DNA of 64,000 nucleotides from Pseudomonadota bacterium. Lineage in GTDB: Bacteria > Pseudomonadota > Gammaproteobacteria > Burkholderiales > Burkholderiaceae_D. This document shows, one piece after another, positions 1 to 10,456 of this stretch (position 1 is the first letter of the stretch; each line of letters begins with the position of its first letter). A program made the translations under genes and the position numbers. The notes under the pieces are model-generated. The model was not told where the DNA came from and did no database searches. It worked only from the letters and a program-made list of their open reading frames with translations. The stretch is from the NCBI GenBank assembly GCA_040385645.1, contig JAZKGZ010000016.1, positions 36,935 through 100,934 of the forward strand, written 5' to 3'.

Positions 1-2570
1 AACGATTCGCCGACGATAAATTCTGCCTGCATCGCATGAATGATTTTGTTCGCCACCACCGCGCTCTCTTCTTCGGCTTGCAACCCTTCCAGGATGATGG
101 TGAATTCGTCTCCCGCCAGGCGAGCGACCGTATCGGTTTTGCGTACGCAACGTTGTAGCCGCAATGCGACTTCTCGCAGCACGATGTCGCCGCTATGATG
201 ACCCATGGTGTCGTTGATGCTTTTAAAGTGGTCGACATCGAGGAACATGACTGCCATCATCCGCTGATTACGGCTGCTGCGTGCCATCGCCTCTAGCAAT
301 TTGTCTTCGAAGTGACTGCGGTTCGGCAGCCCGGTAAGCGAATCGAAGCGCGCCAGGACACGTAACTGGTTTTCGACTTTTTTTAATGCAGTGATATCGC
401 TGATCATGCTACAAACGCCGCTGGTACGACCATCGTCGTCGATCTGCGGTGCGTAGGCGGCACGAAAGAAATGCTGTTCGCCATTGCGCGTCGCTTGGAA
501 CTCGAACTCGACCTTCGAGCCTTTCAATGCCCGGTCGAAATGCGGTTTGTAGACCTGATAATCCTGCTCGCTGTAGACCTCGCGCATCCGGCGGCCGGTA
601 ATTGCCGACAAGGGTTTGTCGAGCCACTCTGCATAACGCTGATTATTGAATTGAAAGCGCTCTTCATGATCGATGTAGCCGACCAATGCCGGCAGATTGT
701 CGGTCAGTGCACGCAACAGCTTTTGTCCGGCTGCCTGTTTTAACTCGGCATTTTTGCGCGCCGTAATATCCAGCACCATCGAATAGAATCCGATGACGCC
801 ATTGTCGGTACCGAAATCTGGAATGTAGTCGTACAAAAAATGCCGGTCCAGACCGGGCCCGACCGCATGGCGCTCGAAGCTCACACGCTCGCCTTGCCAT
901 ACCCGTTCGATGTGTATCGCAATGGCTTGATAACTTTCCCAACCGATGATCTCCGCAACTTTGCAGCCGAGTATTTTTTCCGGTTTTAGCCCAAGGATGG
1001 TTTCGTAATAGCCGTTGCAAAAGCGATAGCGTTCATCACGGTCGATGTAGGCGATCAGCGCCGGCAGATTGTCGGTGATCATGCGCAGACGCATTTCACT
1101 CTTGGCAAAGGTATGTTGCGCCTGCTTCAATTCGGTGATGTCTTCCACCAATGAAAAAAACCCGGCAGTACATTGCTGCTCGTCGATGTCCGGGACATAA
1201 CTCACCCGTTCCCAACGCAGTTGCCCGACGTGCGTAACCAGCCGCTCGAAGGTTGCTGCAGCACCACGCAGCGCCCCTTCGATGTAAGGCAGGCTTTGCG
1301 CATACACATCCGTGCCGAGCACGTTCGAGGCCGACATACCGGCCGGGCCACCCGTCGGCAAATCGAATGCGGCTTGGTAACCGCGATTGGCGAAGTCGAA
1401 ACGCTGGTCCGGTGTAACGTAGGCGATCAGTGCCGGAATATTGTCGGTGATTAGACGTAGCCGTTGTTCGCTGGCGCGCAGCGCACGTTCGGCTTCGAGA
1501 CGCGCGGTTATATCCTCGACACTGCCGACATACCCGCTCACCACCTGATCGACCAGTAGTGGTACGGCTTTGAAGGAACCCCATAACGGTTGATTATCCG
1601 GCCGCAAAACGCGATGCACGTTTTGATAGGGCTCGCGCCGTCCGATCGCCGCTACCCAGGCTTCGATGGCTGCTTCCTGATCGGCCGGGTGTAGGCAGCG
1701 AAACCAGGTGTCGCCGACCAGTTGCTGGGCAGTAGAACCGGAAATCGCCTCGTAGGTCTTATTGATGTAGGTGAAATTGCCGGCCACATCCGTCATAAAC
1801 AGGGCCAGCGGCAGCGAATCGTTGAGCGCCTGGAGTTGTGCCTGACTGGTTCGCAAACCCTGCTGTTGCCTGCGCCGCTCAGTGACGTCTTCGCCAACAC
1901 CGATGATGTATGTCGCATCATCGACCGCACCCTCGGCTCGGAGGCGCAGCGGTACCGACAGAAACCGCATATAGTGCACCGTCCCGTCCGGACGTGGGAA
2001 ACGCACTTCTGGCAGCTCTACCGGTGCGGCATTGAGAAAAATGTGGCGGTCATGTGCGTCGTTGCCTTCATACAGTACACCGGCGAACGCTTCACGATCG
2101 GTTTTTCCGATGACATCCTGGGCGCGAAAGCCGGTCATCTGCTCCGCCATTTTGTTCCACACCACCAGCCTGGCGTGGCCGTCGCTTTCCACGCACTTGG
2201 CGTAAAACAATATAGGCAGATGATCGATCAAGGATTGCAGAAAAGTGCAACGGTCGCGCAGCAGGTTTTCCTGCCGCTCGAGTTCTGCATTATCGTGCTC
2301 CGCGAGCAGGCGCTCTTGCACGAGGCTTTCGGCAGCAGCCGAAAGTTGTATCACTTGCCGCCGAACCAAAAGCCAAGCCGATGTCGCGCCGATGGTTGCC
2401 ACGCCGGCCGTGGCCAAGGACATGATCATCAAGCCGTTAAGTGACGCTACCGTACCGAAACCGGACCACATCATCACGACCGAAACGATTGTTGCGAACC
2501 ATGCCGCGATCGTGATCGTTGCGATTATCACTAAAGGAAAACGGGCTTTAAGACGAAAATGTTTCAGCAA
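1..2570 (-). CDS. Membrane-anchored multi-PAS GGDEF diguanylate cyclase. The 3' end lies beyond the window, so further domains are possible.
   Basis: Not in the ORF track because the stop is off-window, but the minus-strand frame stays open. My reverse translation gives three elements: an N-terminal hydrophobic segment (FPLVIIATITIAAWFATIVSVVMMW), repeated PAS-type blocks (MITDNLPALIAYIDRDERYRF; LTDNLPALVGYIDHEERFQF), and a GGDEF domain (DSLTGLPNR; FLDVDHFKSINDTMGHHSGD; ARLAGDEF). The probable start is a TTG near 2570. Confidence 0.8.
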   Translation of the reverse strand, partial: MLKHFRLKARFPLVIIATITIAAWFATIVSVVMMWSGFGTVASLNGLMIMSLATAGVATIGATSAWLLVRRQVIQLSAAAESLVQERLLAEHDNAELERQENLLRDRCTFLQSLIDHLPILFYAKCVESDGHARLVVWNKMAEQMTGFRAQDVIGKTDREAFAGVLYEGNDAHDRHIFLNAAPVELPEVRFPRPDGTVHYMRFLSVPLRLRAEGAVDDATYIIGVGEDVTERRRQQQGLRTSQAQLQALNDSLPLALFMTDVAGNFTYINKTYEAISGSTAQQLVGDTWFRCLHPADQEAAIEAWVAAIGRREPYQNVHRVLRPDNQPLWGSFKAVPLLVDQVVSGYVGSVEDITARLEAERALRASEQRLRLITDNIPALIAYVTPDQRFDFANRGYQAAFDLPTGGPAGMSASNVLGTDVYAQSLPYIEGALRGAAATFERLVTHVGQLRWERVSYVPDIDEQQCTAGFFSLVEDITELKQAQHTFAKSEMRLRMITDNLPALIAYIDRDERYRFCNGYYETILGLKPEKILGCKVAEIIGWESYQAIAIHIERVWQGERVSFERHAVGPGLDRHFLYDYIPDFGTDNGVIGFYSMVLDITARKNAELKQAAGQKLLRALTDNLPALVGYIDHEERFQFNNQRYAEWLDKPLSAITGRRMREVYSEQDYQVYKPHFDRALKGSKVEFEFQATRNGEQHFFRAAYAPQIDDDGRTSGVCSMISDITALKKVENQLRVLARFDSLTGLPNRSHFEDKLLEAMARSSRNQRMMAVMFLDVDHFKSINDTMGHHSGDIVLREVALRLQRCVRKTDTVARLAGDEFTIILEGLQAEEESAVVANKIIHAMQAEFIVGES

Positions 2571-2713
2571 AGTCGTTTTCTGAGTAAGAGATAGCAGATA
2601 CGGGTTAGCGAGCGCGCAATGCCCGACTAACCTAGACGTTTCTGCTTTTTACAAAGATTACGCGAAGCAATATGGTTTGTATAGCGCCATCGAAAACGCG
2701 CCGGCCGTCTCGC

Positions 2714-4342
2714 TTACTCGTCCCTGGCACCATCGATGCCTAATTCTTGGATTTTGCGGGTGATGGTATTGCGCCCGATACCAAGTCTGATCGCTGCATC
2801 GTTTTTGCGCCCGTGGGTATGGCGTAGTGCGGTTTTAATTAAGGTGGATTCGAAAATTTTGCCGAGCGCGTCCATGACTTCAGGCCGGCCCGACGCCAGC
2901 ATCTGCGCCGCCTCCGCCTCCAGCATGACGATCCAGTTCGATTTTTCGCCGTTGGGCATAGTCGGCGCGGTCAGCCCAACGCCATCCATACTGCCCACAC
3001 CGGCCATGCCGTTTGCAGGGCTGGTTCCGTTCGTGCCGCTGCCATATCGCATCGGCGTCGCGCCCGAGAGCGCGGTTGCCACCGGCATACCGGATGAAAT
3101 ATTTGTTACCGGGCTCATAGCTTGCGTAGCGGGCCCGTGGCCGATCTGCGCGAAACTGCTTCCGTCGATCAGGTCTTGCGGCAAATCCTTGATTTCCACC
3201 GTCTGACCCGGTGCCATGACGGTGATCCAATTGCAGAGATTTTCCAGCTGGCGCACGTTACCCGGCAAATCCAGCCCCGAGAGAAATTGCATCGCTGCGT
3301 CGGACATGCGTTTGACGTCGGCACCGAGTTGCCTGGCGCTTTGCGCGAGAAAGTGCCGGGTGAGAATCGGAATATCTTCGCGCCGCTCGCGCAGGCTCGG
3401 CAAACGCAACCGGATGACATTCAAGCGGTGGTACAAATCTTCTCTGAACAAGCCTTCACGTACCCGATGTTCAAGGTTTTGGTGGGTCGCAGCGATTACC
3501 CTGACATTTGCCTTCAGCGGCTGATGGCCGCCGACACGATAGAAATGGCCGTCCGACAGCACCCGCAACAAGCGGGTTTGTAAATCGAACGGCATGTCGC
3601 CGATTTCATCGAGAAATAGTGTGCCACCCTCGGCCTGCTCGAAACGCCCGCGCCGTGTCGCCTGGGCACCGGTAAATGCACCGCGCTCATGACCGAACAG
3701 CTCGGACTCCAACAAATCTTTGGGAATAGCAGCGGTATTGAGCGCAATGAACGGCTGCGCTGCCCGAGGGCTGTGCTTGTGCAGCGCTTGCGCCACCAGC
3801 TCCTTGCCAGTGCCGGATTCACCGGTAATAAGCACCGTGACATTCGATTGCGACAACCGGCCGATGGCACGGAACACATCCTGCATGGCCGGTGCCTGAC
3901 CCAATATTTCAGGTGCTTGTGCCAGGATTTGCTCGACACTCGCTTCGCGCAGGCTTTCCTCGAGCGCGCGCCGGATCAAAGCAACCGCTTTATCGACATC
4001 GAAAGGCTTGGCCAGGTATTCGAAGGCACCGCCTTGAAAAGAAGCCACTGCGGAATCGAGATCGGAAAACGCTGTGATGATAATGACCGGCAATCCAGGA
4101 TGCTGCGCCTTGACGGCCTGCAACAGCACCAGCCCGGATTCGCCGGGCATCCGGATGTCCGATACCAGCACTTGCGGCGTACCGGTTTTCAGCGCTTCCA
4201 TGGCATCCCGCGCATTTGAAAAACTTCGCGTGGCAAGGTTCTCGCGGGCCAGAGCTTTTTCCAATACCCAGCGAATCGATTCGTCGTCGTCAACAATCCA
4301 GATCGGCTTCATGTTCTTCGAGTTCTCCGCGCCTGTCGGCAA
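2714..4342 (-). CDS. ntrC: Nitrogen regulation response regulator NtrC (NR-I), a sigma-54 enhancer-binding protein
   Basis: 542-aa ORF. It has a receiver domain ([21 protein letters not shown]), a sigma-54 AAA+ core ([23 protein letters not shown]) and a C-terminal Fis-type HTH. It lies directly downstream of ntrB in the glnA cluster. Confidence 0.9.
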   Translation of the reverse strand: MPTGAENSKNMKPIWIVDDDESIRWVLEKALARENLATRSFSNARDAMEALKTGTPQVLVSDIRMPGESGLVLLQAVKAQHPGLPVIIITAFSDLDSAVASFQGGAFEYLAKPFDVDKAVALIRRALEESLREASVEQILAQAPEILGQAPAMQDVFRAIGRLSQSNVTVLITGESGTGKELVAQALHKHSPRAAQPFIALNTAAIPKDLLESELFGHERGAFTGAQATRRGRFEQAEGGTLFLDEIGDMPFDLQTRLLRVLSDGHFYRVGGHQPLKANVRVIAATHQNLEHRVREGLFREDLYHRLNVIRLRLPSLRERREDIPILTRHFLAQSARQLGADVKRMSDAAMQFLSGLDLPGNVRQLENLCNWITVMAPGQTVEIKDLPQDLIDGSSFAQIGHGPATQAMSPVTNISSGMPVATALSGATPMRYGSGTNGTSPANGMAGVGSMDGVGLTAPTMPNGEKSNWIVMLEAEAAQMLASGRPEVMDALGKIFESTLIKTALRHTHGRKNDAAIRLGIGRNTITRKIQELGIDGARDE

Positions 4343-4365
4343 TGTTTATTACACGATCCTGCAAT

Positions 4366-5427
4366 TCAAGGTAACGGGATCAGGATTCTGAAATCCGTGC
4401 ATCCCGGCACGCTTTCACATTCGATTACGCCCTGATGCTGCTGCACGAATGTCTGCGCCAGTGTCAGCCCTAGACCACTACCACCGTCACGTCCCGATAC
4501 CAGCGGATAAAAAATGCGGTCCTGTATTTCTATTGGAATACCCGGCCCGTTATCGACGATATGCAAGTCTAGTGCCAGCCTGTAACGCACTTTGGCCAAG
4601 GTTACTTGCCGCGCCACCCGCGTGCGCATGACGAGCCGCGCATCGTTCGTTTCACGGCGCGCCGACAATGCTTGGGCGGCGTTATGCGTGATATTCAGTA
4701 CGGCCTGGATCAACTGCTCTTGATCGCCGCGAAATTCCGGTACCGAGAGATCGTAATCGCGCACCATCGTCAAGCCATGCGGAAACTCCGCCATGATCAG
4801 GCTACGCACCCGTTCGCACACCTCGTGAATATTGACATCGCCGACGATGTGGGGGCGTCGGTGCGGTGCCAGCAGCCGATCGACCAGAGTCTGCAACCGA
4901 TCGGCCTCTTTGATGATCACCTGGGTGTATTCGCGTAACTCCTTGACATGCCGTTCCGGCAACTCCAGTTCCAGCAATTGCGCCGCACCACGGATGCCCC
5001 CCAACGGATTCTTGATTTCATGCGCCAGATTGCGCAGCAACTCCTTGTTCGCCTGGCTTTGATCCAGCAACCGCTCTTCACGGTCGAGCTTGAGTTGCTG
5101 GACGTTTTCCCGAAGCTCCACCAGCACCGGCGTTGCCGGGTCGTCCAGCGCGGTAACGACGACATGTACGTGTAGCGCATCGCGCCCAACGCGTTCCAAT
5201 CGCAAATCCTGGCGTTTGTCGTCGAATTTATGTGCGCAGGCTTGCAGAAAATCTGCATCCAGGGCTTCGGTGTTGAGAAACAGATCGGCGAGCTTTTGCC
5301 CGCATAGCGCCCGCGCACCGGTTTCGAAAAGGTTTTCCGCAGCGGCATTCGCGTAGACGATCGAGCCTTGCCGATCGAGAATGAGCACTGCCGAAGCCAG
5401 CAGTTCGAGACCATCGCGTGAAGTCAT
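4366..5427 (-). CDS. ntrB: Nitrogen regulation sensor histidine kinase NtrB (NR-II)
   Basis: It has a PAS-like N-terminus (AVLILDRQGSIVYANAAAENLF), an H-box (LAHEIKNPLGGIRGAAQLL) and an HATPase region (DNGPGIP, GSGLGL). I prefer the internal ATG at 5427 (MTSRDGLELL). The extra N-terminus of the track ORF (start 5478) is hydrophobic junk-like. Confidence 0.85.
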   Translation of the reverse strand: MTSRDGLELLASAVLILDRQGSIVYANAAAENLFETGARALCGQKLADLFLNTEALDADFLQACAHKFDDKRQDLRLERVGRDALHVHVVVTALDDPATPVLVELRENVQQLKLDREERLLDQSQANKELLRNLAHEIKNPLGGIRGAAQLLELELPERHVKELREYTQVIIKEADRLQTLVDRLLAPHRRPHIVGDVNIHEVCERVRSLIMAEFPHGLTMVRDYDLSVPEFRGDQEQLIQAVLNITHNAAQALSARRETNDARLVMRTRVARQVTLAKVRYRLALDLHIVDNGPGIPIEIQDRIFYPLVSGRDGGSGLGLTLAQTFVQQHQGVIECESVPGCTDFRILIPLP

Positions 5428-5493
5428 GAGAATGTAGTTGGAGAAAAAATAAAAGGACAGGTAATCGATCAGGGCCATGGCAGGAAACGGCGC

Positions 5494-5524
5494 AATAAAA
5501 ACAAAGGCCGCATCAGCGACCTTT
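5494..5524 (-). terminator. Rho-independent terminator downstream of the DUF4124-like gene
   Basis: The minus-strand sequence reads AAAGGTCGC-TGAT-GCGGCCTTT followed by GTTTTTATT. Confidence 0.55.
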
Positions 5525-5560
5525 ATTATGTGTTGCGCAGAAAACCTGCGTTATATATGC

Positions 5561-6076
5561 CTATTTAAGATTACCAATTTCCCGCTTCAATGCATCGATA
5601 TTCTTTTCAGTTCGGCCTAGTTCGTCTTTCATCCCGGCTACACGATCCTGATATTTTGCATAGTTACGCTCGTCGCCGCGGCGTTCAGGCTCGCCATTGT
5701 TGAATTCACGCCTTAATGTAGATAGTTTCTGCTCTTCGTTACGCATTTCATCGAGCAATATCTGACGGCGATCGTTGTCGCGCGATTTTTGCGTGTTGCT
5801 ATCGACTTTAGGAAAATCCGCAGGCGAACTTACCGAACTGGCTGGACGTACATTCGTCGTAGTAACGGCAGATGCCGGTTTGCGCGGCAAGCCGGGAATC
5901 GTCGTGATGCCTGGCAGATCGATGCGCTTGCAACCTTTGGTAGTGCCGGTGTTTTTGTATTCCTTGCCGCCTCGGCCATCGTCGCATAGGAAAATTTCGC
6001 TTTGCGCGAATGCCTGGGGCGATACCAGCCCCAGAATCGATGACAGCAGCAATAATGCAGAGAGTTGGCGCTTCAT
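5561..6076 (-). CDS. Secreted DUF4124-like protein with a charged coiled-coil-like C-terminus
   Basis: The internal start gives MKRQLSALLLLSSILGLVSPQAFAQ (signal peptide) followed by IFLCDDGRGGKEYKNTG. In my recollection this family commonly sits between glnA and ntrB in Burkholderiales. The longer track ORF (to 6259) would run through the glnA terminator. Confidence 0.6.
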   Translation of the reverse strand: MKRQLSALLLLSSILGLVSPQAFAQSEIFLCDDGRGGKEYKNTGTTKGCKRIDLPGITTIPGLPRKPASAVTTTNVRPASSVSSPADFPKVDSNTQKSRDNDRRQILLDEMRNEEQKLSTLRREFNNGEPERRGDERNYAKYQDRVAGMKDELGRTEKNIDALKREIGNLK

Positions 6077-6215
6077 AAACTTTCTCAATAGAAACTGTTG
6101 TGCTGGCCCCAAGTGTAGGATAAGAACTGCATCTATACAAATGTTAGCAAGAAGTTTCCAAACTTCTCGCAACAATTCTGGCAGTAATGCCGCACGTCGT
6201 GCAATCAAAATTACG

Positions 6216-6254
6216 CAAAAAAAAGCGGGAAACGCACTGGCGCTTCCCGCTTTT
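6216..6254 (-). terminator. Rho-independent terminator after glnA
   Basis: Hairpin AGCGGGAA...TTCCCGCT. It is flanked by A8 on the plus strand, which reads as T8 after the hairpin on the minus strand. Confidence 0.7.
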
Positions 6255-6332
6255 TGCAACCAAATGTTACTGTGTTGTAATTAAATCAATCTAGATTGGT
6301 GATACGACATCATAGTTAAAGAATCAATTGGC

Positions 6333-7748
6333 CTATTGCGAATAATACATATCAAACTCGACCGGATGGGTGGTCATGCGGAATCTCGTAACTTCCTGCA
6401 TTTTCAAATCGATATAAGCATCGATCATGGTGTCGGAAAACACACCGCCGCGCGTTAGAAATTCACGGTCTTTGTCGAGATATTCCAATGCCTGTTCCAG
6501 CGAGGAGCAGACGGTAGGAATTTGCGCATCTTCTTCCGGCGGTAGATGGTACAGATCCTTAGAGGCCGCTTCGCCCGGATGAATCTTGTTTTGCACACCG
6601 TCCAGACCTGCCATCAACAGCGCTGCGAAACATAAGTACGGGTTAGCCAGTGGATCGGGAAACCTGGTTTCGATGCGACGGCCTTTTGGATTCGACACGT
6701 GTGGAATGCGGATGGATGCGGAGCGATTACGCGCCGAGTACGCGAGCTTGACCGGTGCCTCGAAGCCCGGCACCAACCGTTTGTATGAATTGGTGCCTGG
6801 ATTAGTAATGGCGTTGAGTGCCCGCGCATGCTTGATGATGCCGCCGATGTAAAACAGGGCAAACTCGGACAAGCCGGCATAGCCGTCACCGGCGAACAGA
6901 TTCTTGCCATCCTTCCAGACCGATTGATGCACGTGCATGCCCGAACCATTGTCGCCGACGATCGGCTTGGGCATGAAAGTCGCCGTTTTGCCATAGGTGT
7001 GCGCGACATTGAGCACGACATACTTCAGATTTTGGGTCCAATCGGCGCGCTCGACCAGGGTTGAAAACTTGGTGCCGATTTCATTCTGGCCGGCACCTGC
7101 GACTTCATGATGATGTACCTCGACCGGAATGCCCAGCGCTTCCAGAATCAGGCACATTTCCGAACGCATGTCTTGGAAGCTGTCGACTGGCGGCACAGGA
7201 AAATATCCACCCTTGACCGCCGGGCGATGGCCAGTATTGCCACCTTCGAGCTTTTCACCGGTGCTCCAGGAAGCTTCTTCCGAGCCGATCTTGACGAAAC
7301 AGCCGTCCATGCCGACGTTCCAGCGCACGCTGTCGAAAATAAAAAATTCTGGCTCGGGGCCGAAGTAAGCCGTGTCGCCCATACCCGAGGATTTCAGGTA
7401 AGCCTCGGCACGCTTGGCGATCGAACGCGGATCGCGATCGTAACCTTTGCCATCGGACGGCTCGATCACGTCGCACTGCATGAATAGCGTCGTTTCTTCC
7501 ATGAACGGATCGATGTTGGCAGTATTCGGGTCTGGCATGAGCAGCATGTCGGAGGCTTCGATACCTTTCCAGCCGGCGATCGAAGAGCCGTCGAACGCGT
7601 GGCCGGACTCGAATTTATCCATGTCGAAGTGGGAAACCGGCACGGTTACATGCTGCTCTTTGCCTCGTGTGTCGGCGAAACGAAAATCGACGAACTTTAC
7701 TTCGTTGTCCTTCACCATCTTCAAGACTTCTGCGGCCGTCATGGTCAT
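6333..7748 (-). CDS. glnA: Glutamine synthetase type I
   Basis: 471-aa ORF with classic GSI blocks ([22 protein letters not shown]) and an adenylylation-region-like [10 protein letters not shown]. Confidence 0.95.
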   Translation of the reverse strand: MTMTAAEVLKMVKDNEVKFVDFRFADTRGKEQHVTVPVSHFDMDKFESGHAFDGSSIAGWKGIEASDMLLMPDPNTANIDPFMEETTLFMQCDVIEPSDGKGYDRDPRSIAKRAEAYLKSSGMGDTAYFGPEPEFFIFDSVRWNVGMDGCFVKIGSEEASWSTGEKLEGGNTGHRPAVKGGYFPVPPVDSFQDMRSEMCLILEALGIPVEVHHHEVAGAGQNEIGTKFSTLVERADWTQNLKYVVLNVAHTYGKTATFMPKPIVGDNGSGMHVHQSVWKDGKNLFAGDGYAGLSEFALFYIGGIIKHARALNAITNPGTNSYKRLVPGFEAPVKLAYSARNRSASIRIPHVSNPKGRRIETRFPDPLANPYLCFAALLMAGLDGVQNKIHPGEAASKDLYHLPPEEDAQIPTVCSSLEQALEYLDKDREFLTRGGVFSDTMIDAYIDLKMQEVTRFRMTTHPVEFDMYYSQ

Positions 7749-7884
7749 GCAACTCTCCTAGGTAAAAACGATTTTGCGACATCGCACATGTTGTGCGAGA
7801 GCGATGGTGGAAACTTTCAATGCACGGATTTTATGCCGAACCAGATGCTGCGAAAAACCAGCACAAAATGATAGCAGACTCATC

Positions 7885-7900
7885 AGCAGGTTCTGTGCCA
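7885..7900 (-). promoter_or_regulatory. Sigma-54 promoter (glnAp2-like)
   Basis: The minus strand reads TGGCAC-agaac-CTGCT, with GG and GC in the canonical -24/-12 spacing. It lies about 140 nt upstream of the glnA ATG. Confidence 0.6.
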
Positions 7901-7961
7901 CCGAGCTACGGCCACCTAAACTTATTTCTGCATACATGTTGCAACACGATTTACACGCTGG

Positions 7962-7978
7962 TGCACCACACTAGTGCC
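7962..7978. promoter_or_regulatory. NtrC-type enhancer dyad 1
   Basis: TGCACC-acact-AGTGCC compared with the consensus TGCACC-N5-GGTGCA. It is centred about 95-100 nt upstream of the inferred glnA sigma-54 transcription start. Confidence 0.5.
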
Positions 7979-8000
7979 GTATGAACCAAATACCAAATAA

Positions 8001-8017
8001 TGCTACATATTGGTGCA
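8001..8017. promoter_or_regulatory. NtrC-type enhancer dyad 2
   Basis: TGCTAC-atatt-GGTGCA. The centre-to-centre distance from dyad 1 is 39 nt, similar to the spacing of the two strong NtrC sites at enteric glnAp2. Confidence 0.45.
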
Positions 8018-8053
8018 ACATTGACCGAATCGGTGCCGGATGTCGCAATTTCG

Positions 8054-8069
8054 TGGCAAATCGCTGGCA
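8054..8069 (+). promoter_or_regulatory. Possible plus-strand sigma-54-type promoter upstream of the rhodanese gene
   Basis: TGGCAA-atcgc-TGGCA with GG/GC at the correct spacing. It lies about 57 nt upstream of the ATG at 8126. Confidence 0.3.
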
Positions 8070-8125
8070 TTTGTTAGAGTGACGACCTATTCTCACTCTC
8101 CTTTTCCATTTTCTTGGAGGTTTGC

Positions 8126-8596
8126 ATGTCATCGAGCAGCGCCGATACTTTATTTGCCATCGCTAGGCAACGCGCAAGTGCATGGTCGCTGCCCTACGCC
8201 GGTGCTTTGACACCAACGGAAGCTTTCACACTGCTGCAATCGTCGAATCAGGCATTGTTGGTAGATGTGCGCACCCGCGCCGAGCGCGATTGGGTGGGAC
8301 GGGTCGCGCTGCCGGAATCTCAGCATGCCGCTGTCGAATGGAGCGTTTATCCGGGCGGCGCGCGAAACATGCAGTTTTTGGAACAATTGGCAGAGTTGGC
8401 TGCGCCGGAGCAGGTAATACTGTTTTTATGTCGGTCGGGCGTGCGCTCCCGCCATGCGGCCACCCTAGCCACCGACAACGGTTACCAGCAATGTTTCGAC
8501 ATATTGGAGGGGTTCGAAGGCGACAAAGACGATGCCGGTCATCGACGCACGACCGGTGGCTGGTGTGCTGCGAACCTGCCTTGGGTCGGTGCTTGA
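8126..8596 (+). CDS. Rhodanese-like domain protein
   Basis: LVDVRTRAERDWVG and the active-site loop FLCRSGVRS. GGAGG at 8116-8120 serves the ATG at 8126, so I trimmed the TTG start of the track ORF. Confidence 0.75.
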   Translation: MSSSSADTLFAIARQRASAWSLPYAGALTPTEAFTLLQSSNQALLVDVRTRAERDWVGRVALPESQHAAVEWSVYPGGARNMQFLEQLAELAAPEQVILFLCRSGVRSRHAATLATDNGYQQCFDILEGFEGDKDDAGHRRTTGGWCAANLPWVGA

Positions 8597-8623
8597 TATT
8601 GCATGCGCCGGATCGATCAAATC

Positions 8624-10318
8624 TTAGGAAAGCCGGACAGCATGTTCCCGGGTAGCATGAAACGTCACTTGCGGCCAACGCTCCTGGGTCAACTTCAGGT
8701 TGACACCTGAACTAGCCAGATATGCCATATTGCCTGCTGCGTCATGGGCAATATTAAAACCTGCCGAAGATTTTTCGAATTCGGCTAGAATTTTTTTGTC
8801 ATCGCAGGAAATCCAGCGAGCGCTGCTGATGCTGGTGCCATCGAAAGCCGCATCGACGCCGTACTCGTTGAGCAAGCGGCTGGCAACCACTTCGAACTGC
8901 AGGACACCCACCGCACCGAGTACCAATTCACCGCTATTGACAGGCTTGAAAACCTGCACTGCGCCCTCCTCGCCCAATTGCTGCAAGCCCTTATGCAATT
9001 GCTTGATCTTTAAAGGGTTGCGAATACGGACGGACCGAAAAAAGTCGGGGGCAAAATACGGAATGCCGGTAAATTGCAGCAACTCACCTTCTGAAAAGCT
9101 GTCGCCGATCTGCATGTTGCCGTGGTTCGGCAAACCGATGATGTCGCCGGCGTAGGCCTCTTCTACCTGCTCGCGACTGGCGGCCATGAAAGTAACGACG
9201 CTGGAAACTTTGATGTCGCGCCCAAGGCGCAAATGCTTGATTTTCATGCCGCGCTCGAAGCGGCCGGAGCATACCCGTAGAAATGCGATGCGATCCCGAT
9301 GCGCTGGGTCCATGTTGGCCTGGATTTTGAACACGAAACCGGAAAACGGTGTTTCGCTGGGCTGCACCGCGCGGATCGTGGCATCGCGCTCGCGCGGCGG
9401 TTGCGCCCAATCGAGCAAGGCATTCAAAATCTCCCGCACGCCGAAGTTGTTGATGGCAGAACCGAAAAATACCGGCGTCTGTACGCCACTGAGAAATGCA
9501 TCGAGATCGAACGGGTGGGAAGCGCCGTGCACCAGCTCGACTTCCATTTTCAATTGCTCTATTTCAAGCGGAAACATCTCCACTAAACGCGGATTGTCGA
9601 TACCCTTGATGACCTCGAACGTTTGATCGGCTTTCTCGCTACCGGCGGCAAACAGCATGATCTCGTCGTTGAGCAGGTGATATACCCCGCGGAAGGATTT
9701 ACCCATGCCGATCGGCCAGGTAACCGGCGCGCACTGTATAGCCAATACCGATTCGAGCTCGTCTAGCAACTCCAGCGGATCGCGGGTTTCCCGATCCATC
9801 TTATTCATGAAGGTGATGATAGGCGTATTGCGCATGCGGCAGACGTTCAATAGTTTGATCGTCTGTGCCTCGACGCCCTTGGCAGCGTCGATGACCATTA
9901 AGGCCGAGTCGACAGCGGTGAGCACACGATAGGTATCTTCGGAAAAATCCTGGTGACCGGGGGTATCCAGCAGATTCACGACATGATCGCGGTATTCGAA
10001 CTGCATCACCGAACTCGCTACCGAAATGCCGCGCTGTTTCTCGATTTCCATCCAGTCGGAGGTGGCGTGACGACCGCTCTTGCGTGCCTTGACGGTGCCG
10101 GCGAGTTGAATGGCGCCGGAAAAAAGCAGCAGTTTTTCAGTCAGCGTGGTTTTGCCGGCATCTGGGTGGGAGATGATGCCGAAAGTTCGACGCCGCGCGA
10201 CTTCCCGAGCGATCTGCTCCGCAGGTACGTTGCGTGTGACCGGCTCGTCTACAAGGTTTGTCGGTATTGGTTGTGGAGCTAAATGTTCTTGTTCGGGACG
10301 ATCGGTGATGCTGGCCAT
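8624..10318 (-). CDS. prfC: Peptide chain release factor 3
   Basis: [31 protein letters not shown], and the NKMD motif (FMNKMDRE). Confidence 0.93.
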   Translation of the reverse strand: MASITDRPEQEHLAPQPIPTNLVDEPVTRNVPAEQIAREVARRRTFGIISHPDAGKTTLTEKLLLFSGAIQLAGTVKARKSGRHATSDWMEIEKQRGISVASSVMQFEYRDHVVNLLDTPGHQDFSEDTYRVLTAVDSALMVIDAAKGVEAQTIKLLNVCRMRNTPIITFMNKMDRETRDPLELLDELESVLAIQCAPVTWPIGMGKSFRGVYHLLNDEIMLFAAGSEKADQTFEVIKGIDNPRLVEMFPLEIEQLKMEVELVHGASHPFDLDAFLSGVQTPVFFGSAINNFGVREILNALLDWAQPPRERDATIRAVQPSETPFSGFVFKIQANMDPAHRDRIAFLRVCSGRFERGMKIKHLRLGRDIKVSSVVTFMAASREQVEEAYAGDIIGLPNHGNMQIGDSFSEGELLQFTGIPYFAPDFFRSVRIRNPLKIKQLHKGLQQLGEEGAVQVFKPVNSGELVLGAVGVLQFEVVASRLLNEYGVDAAFDGTSISSARWISCDDKKILAEFEKSSAGFNIAHDAAGNMAYLASSGVNLKLTQERWPQVTFHATREHAVRLS

Positions 10319-10456
10319 GGTCGGTGCTTAAAAGAAAATACTGGAAACACAGGAAGGTGCAAGAAAACGCGGAAAAGCCGCAAAGTCTACCGTCTCCTGG
10401 CCCCAAAGTCTAATTACCCGCTCAGACTCAAACTCTTCGTTCGACAAAACCTTTGC

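Noticed and set aside
1722-2444. Plus-strand 240-aa ORF, with other track ORFs in 409-2583
   Set aside because: These are shadow ORFs antisense to, or out of frame with, the minus-strand PAS-GGDEF gene. That gene's reverse translation gives clear domain motifs across the whole region.
5561-6259. Full-length 232-aa version of the DUF4124-like ORF
   Set aside because: The upstream 61 codons start with TTG and run straight through the glnA terminator hairpin and T-tract. The internal ATG at 6076 gives a clean signal peptide.
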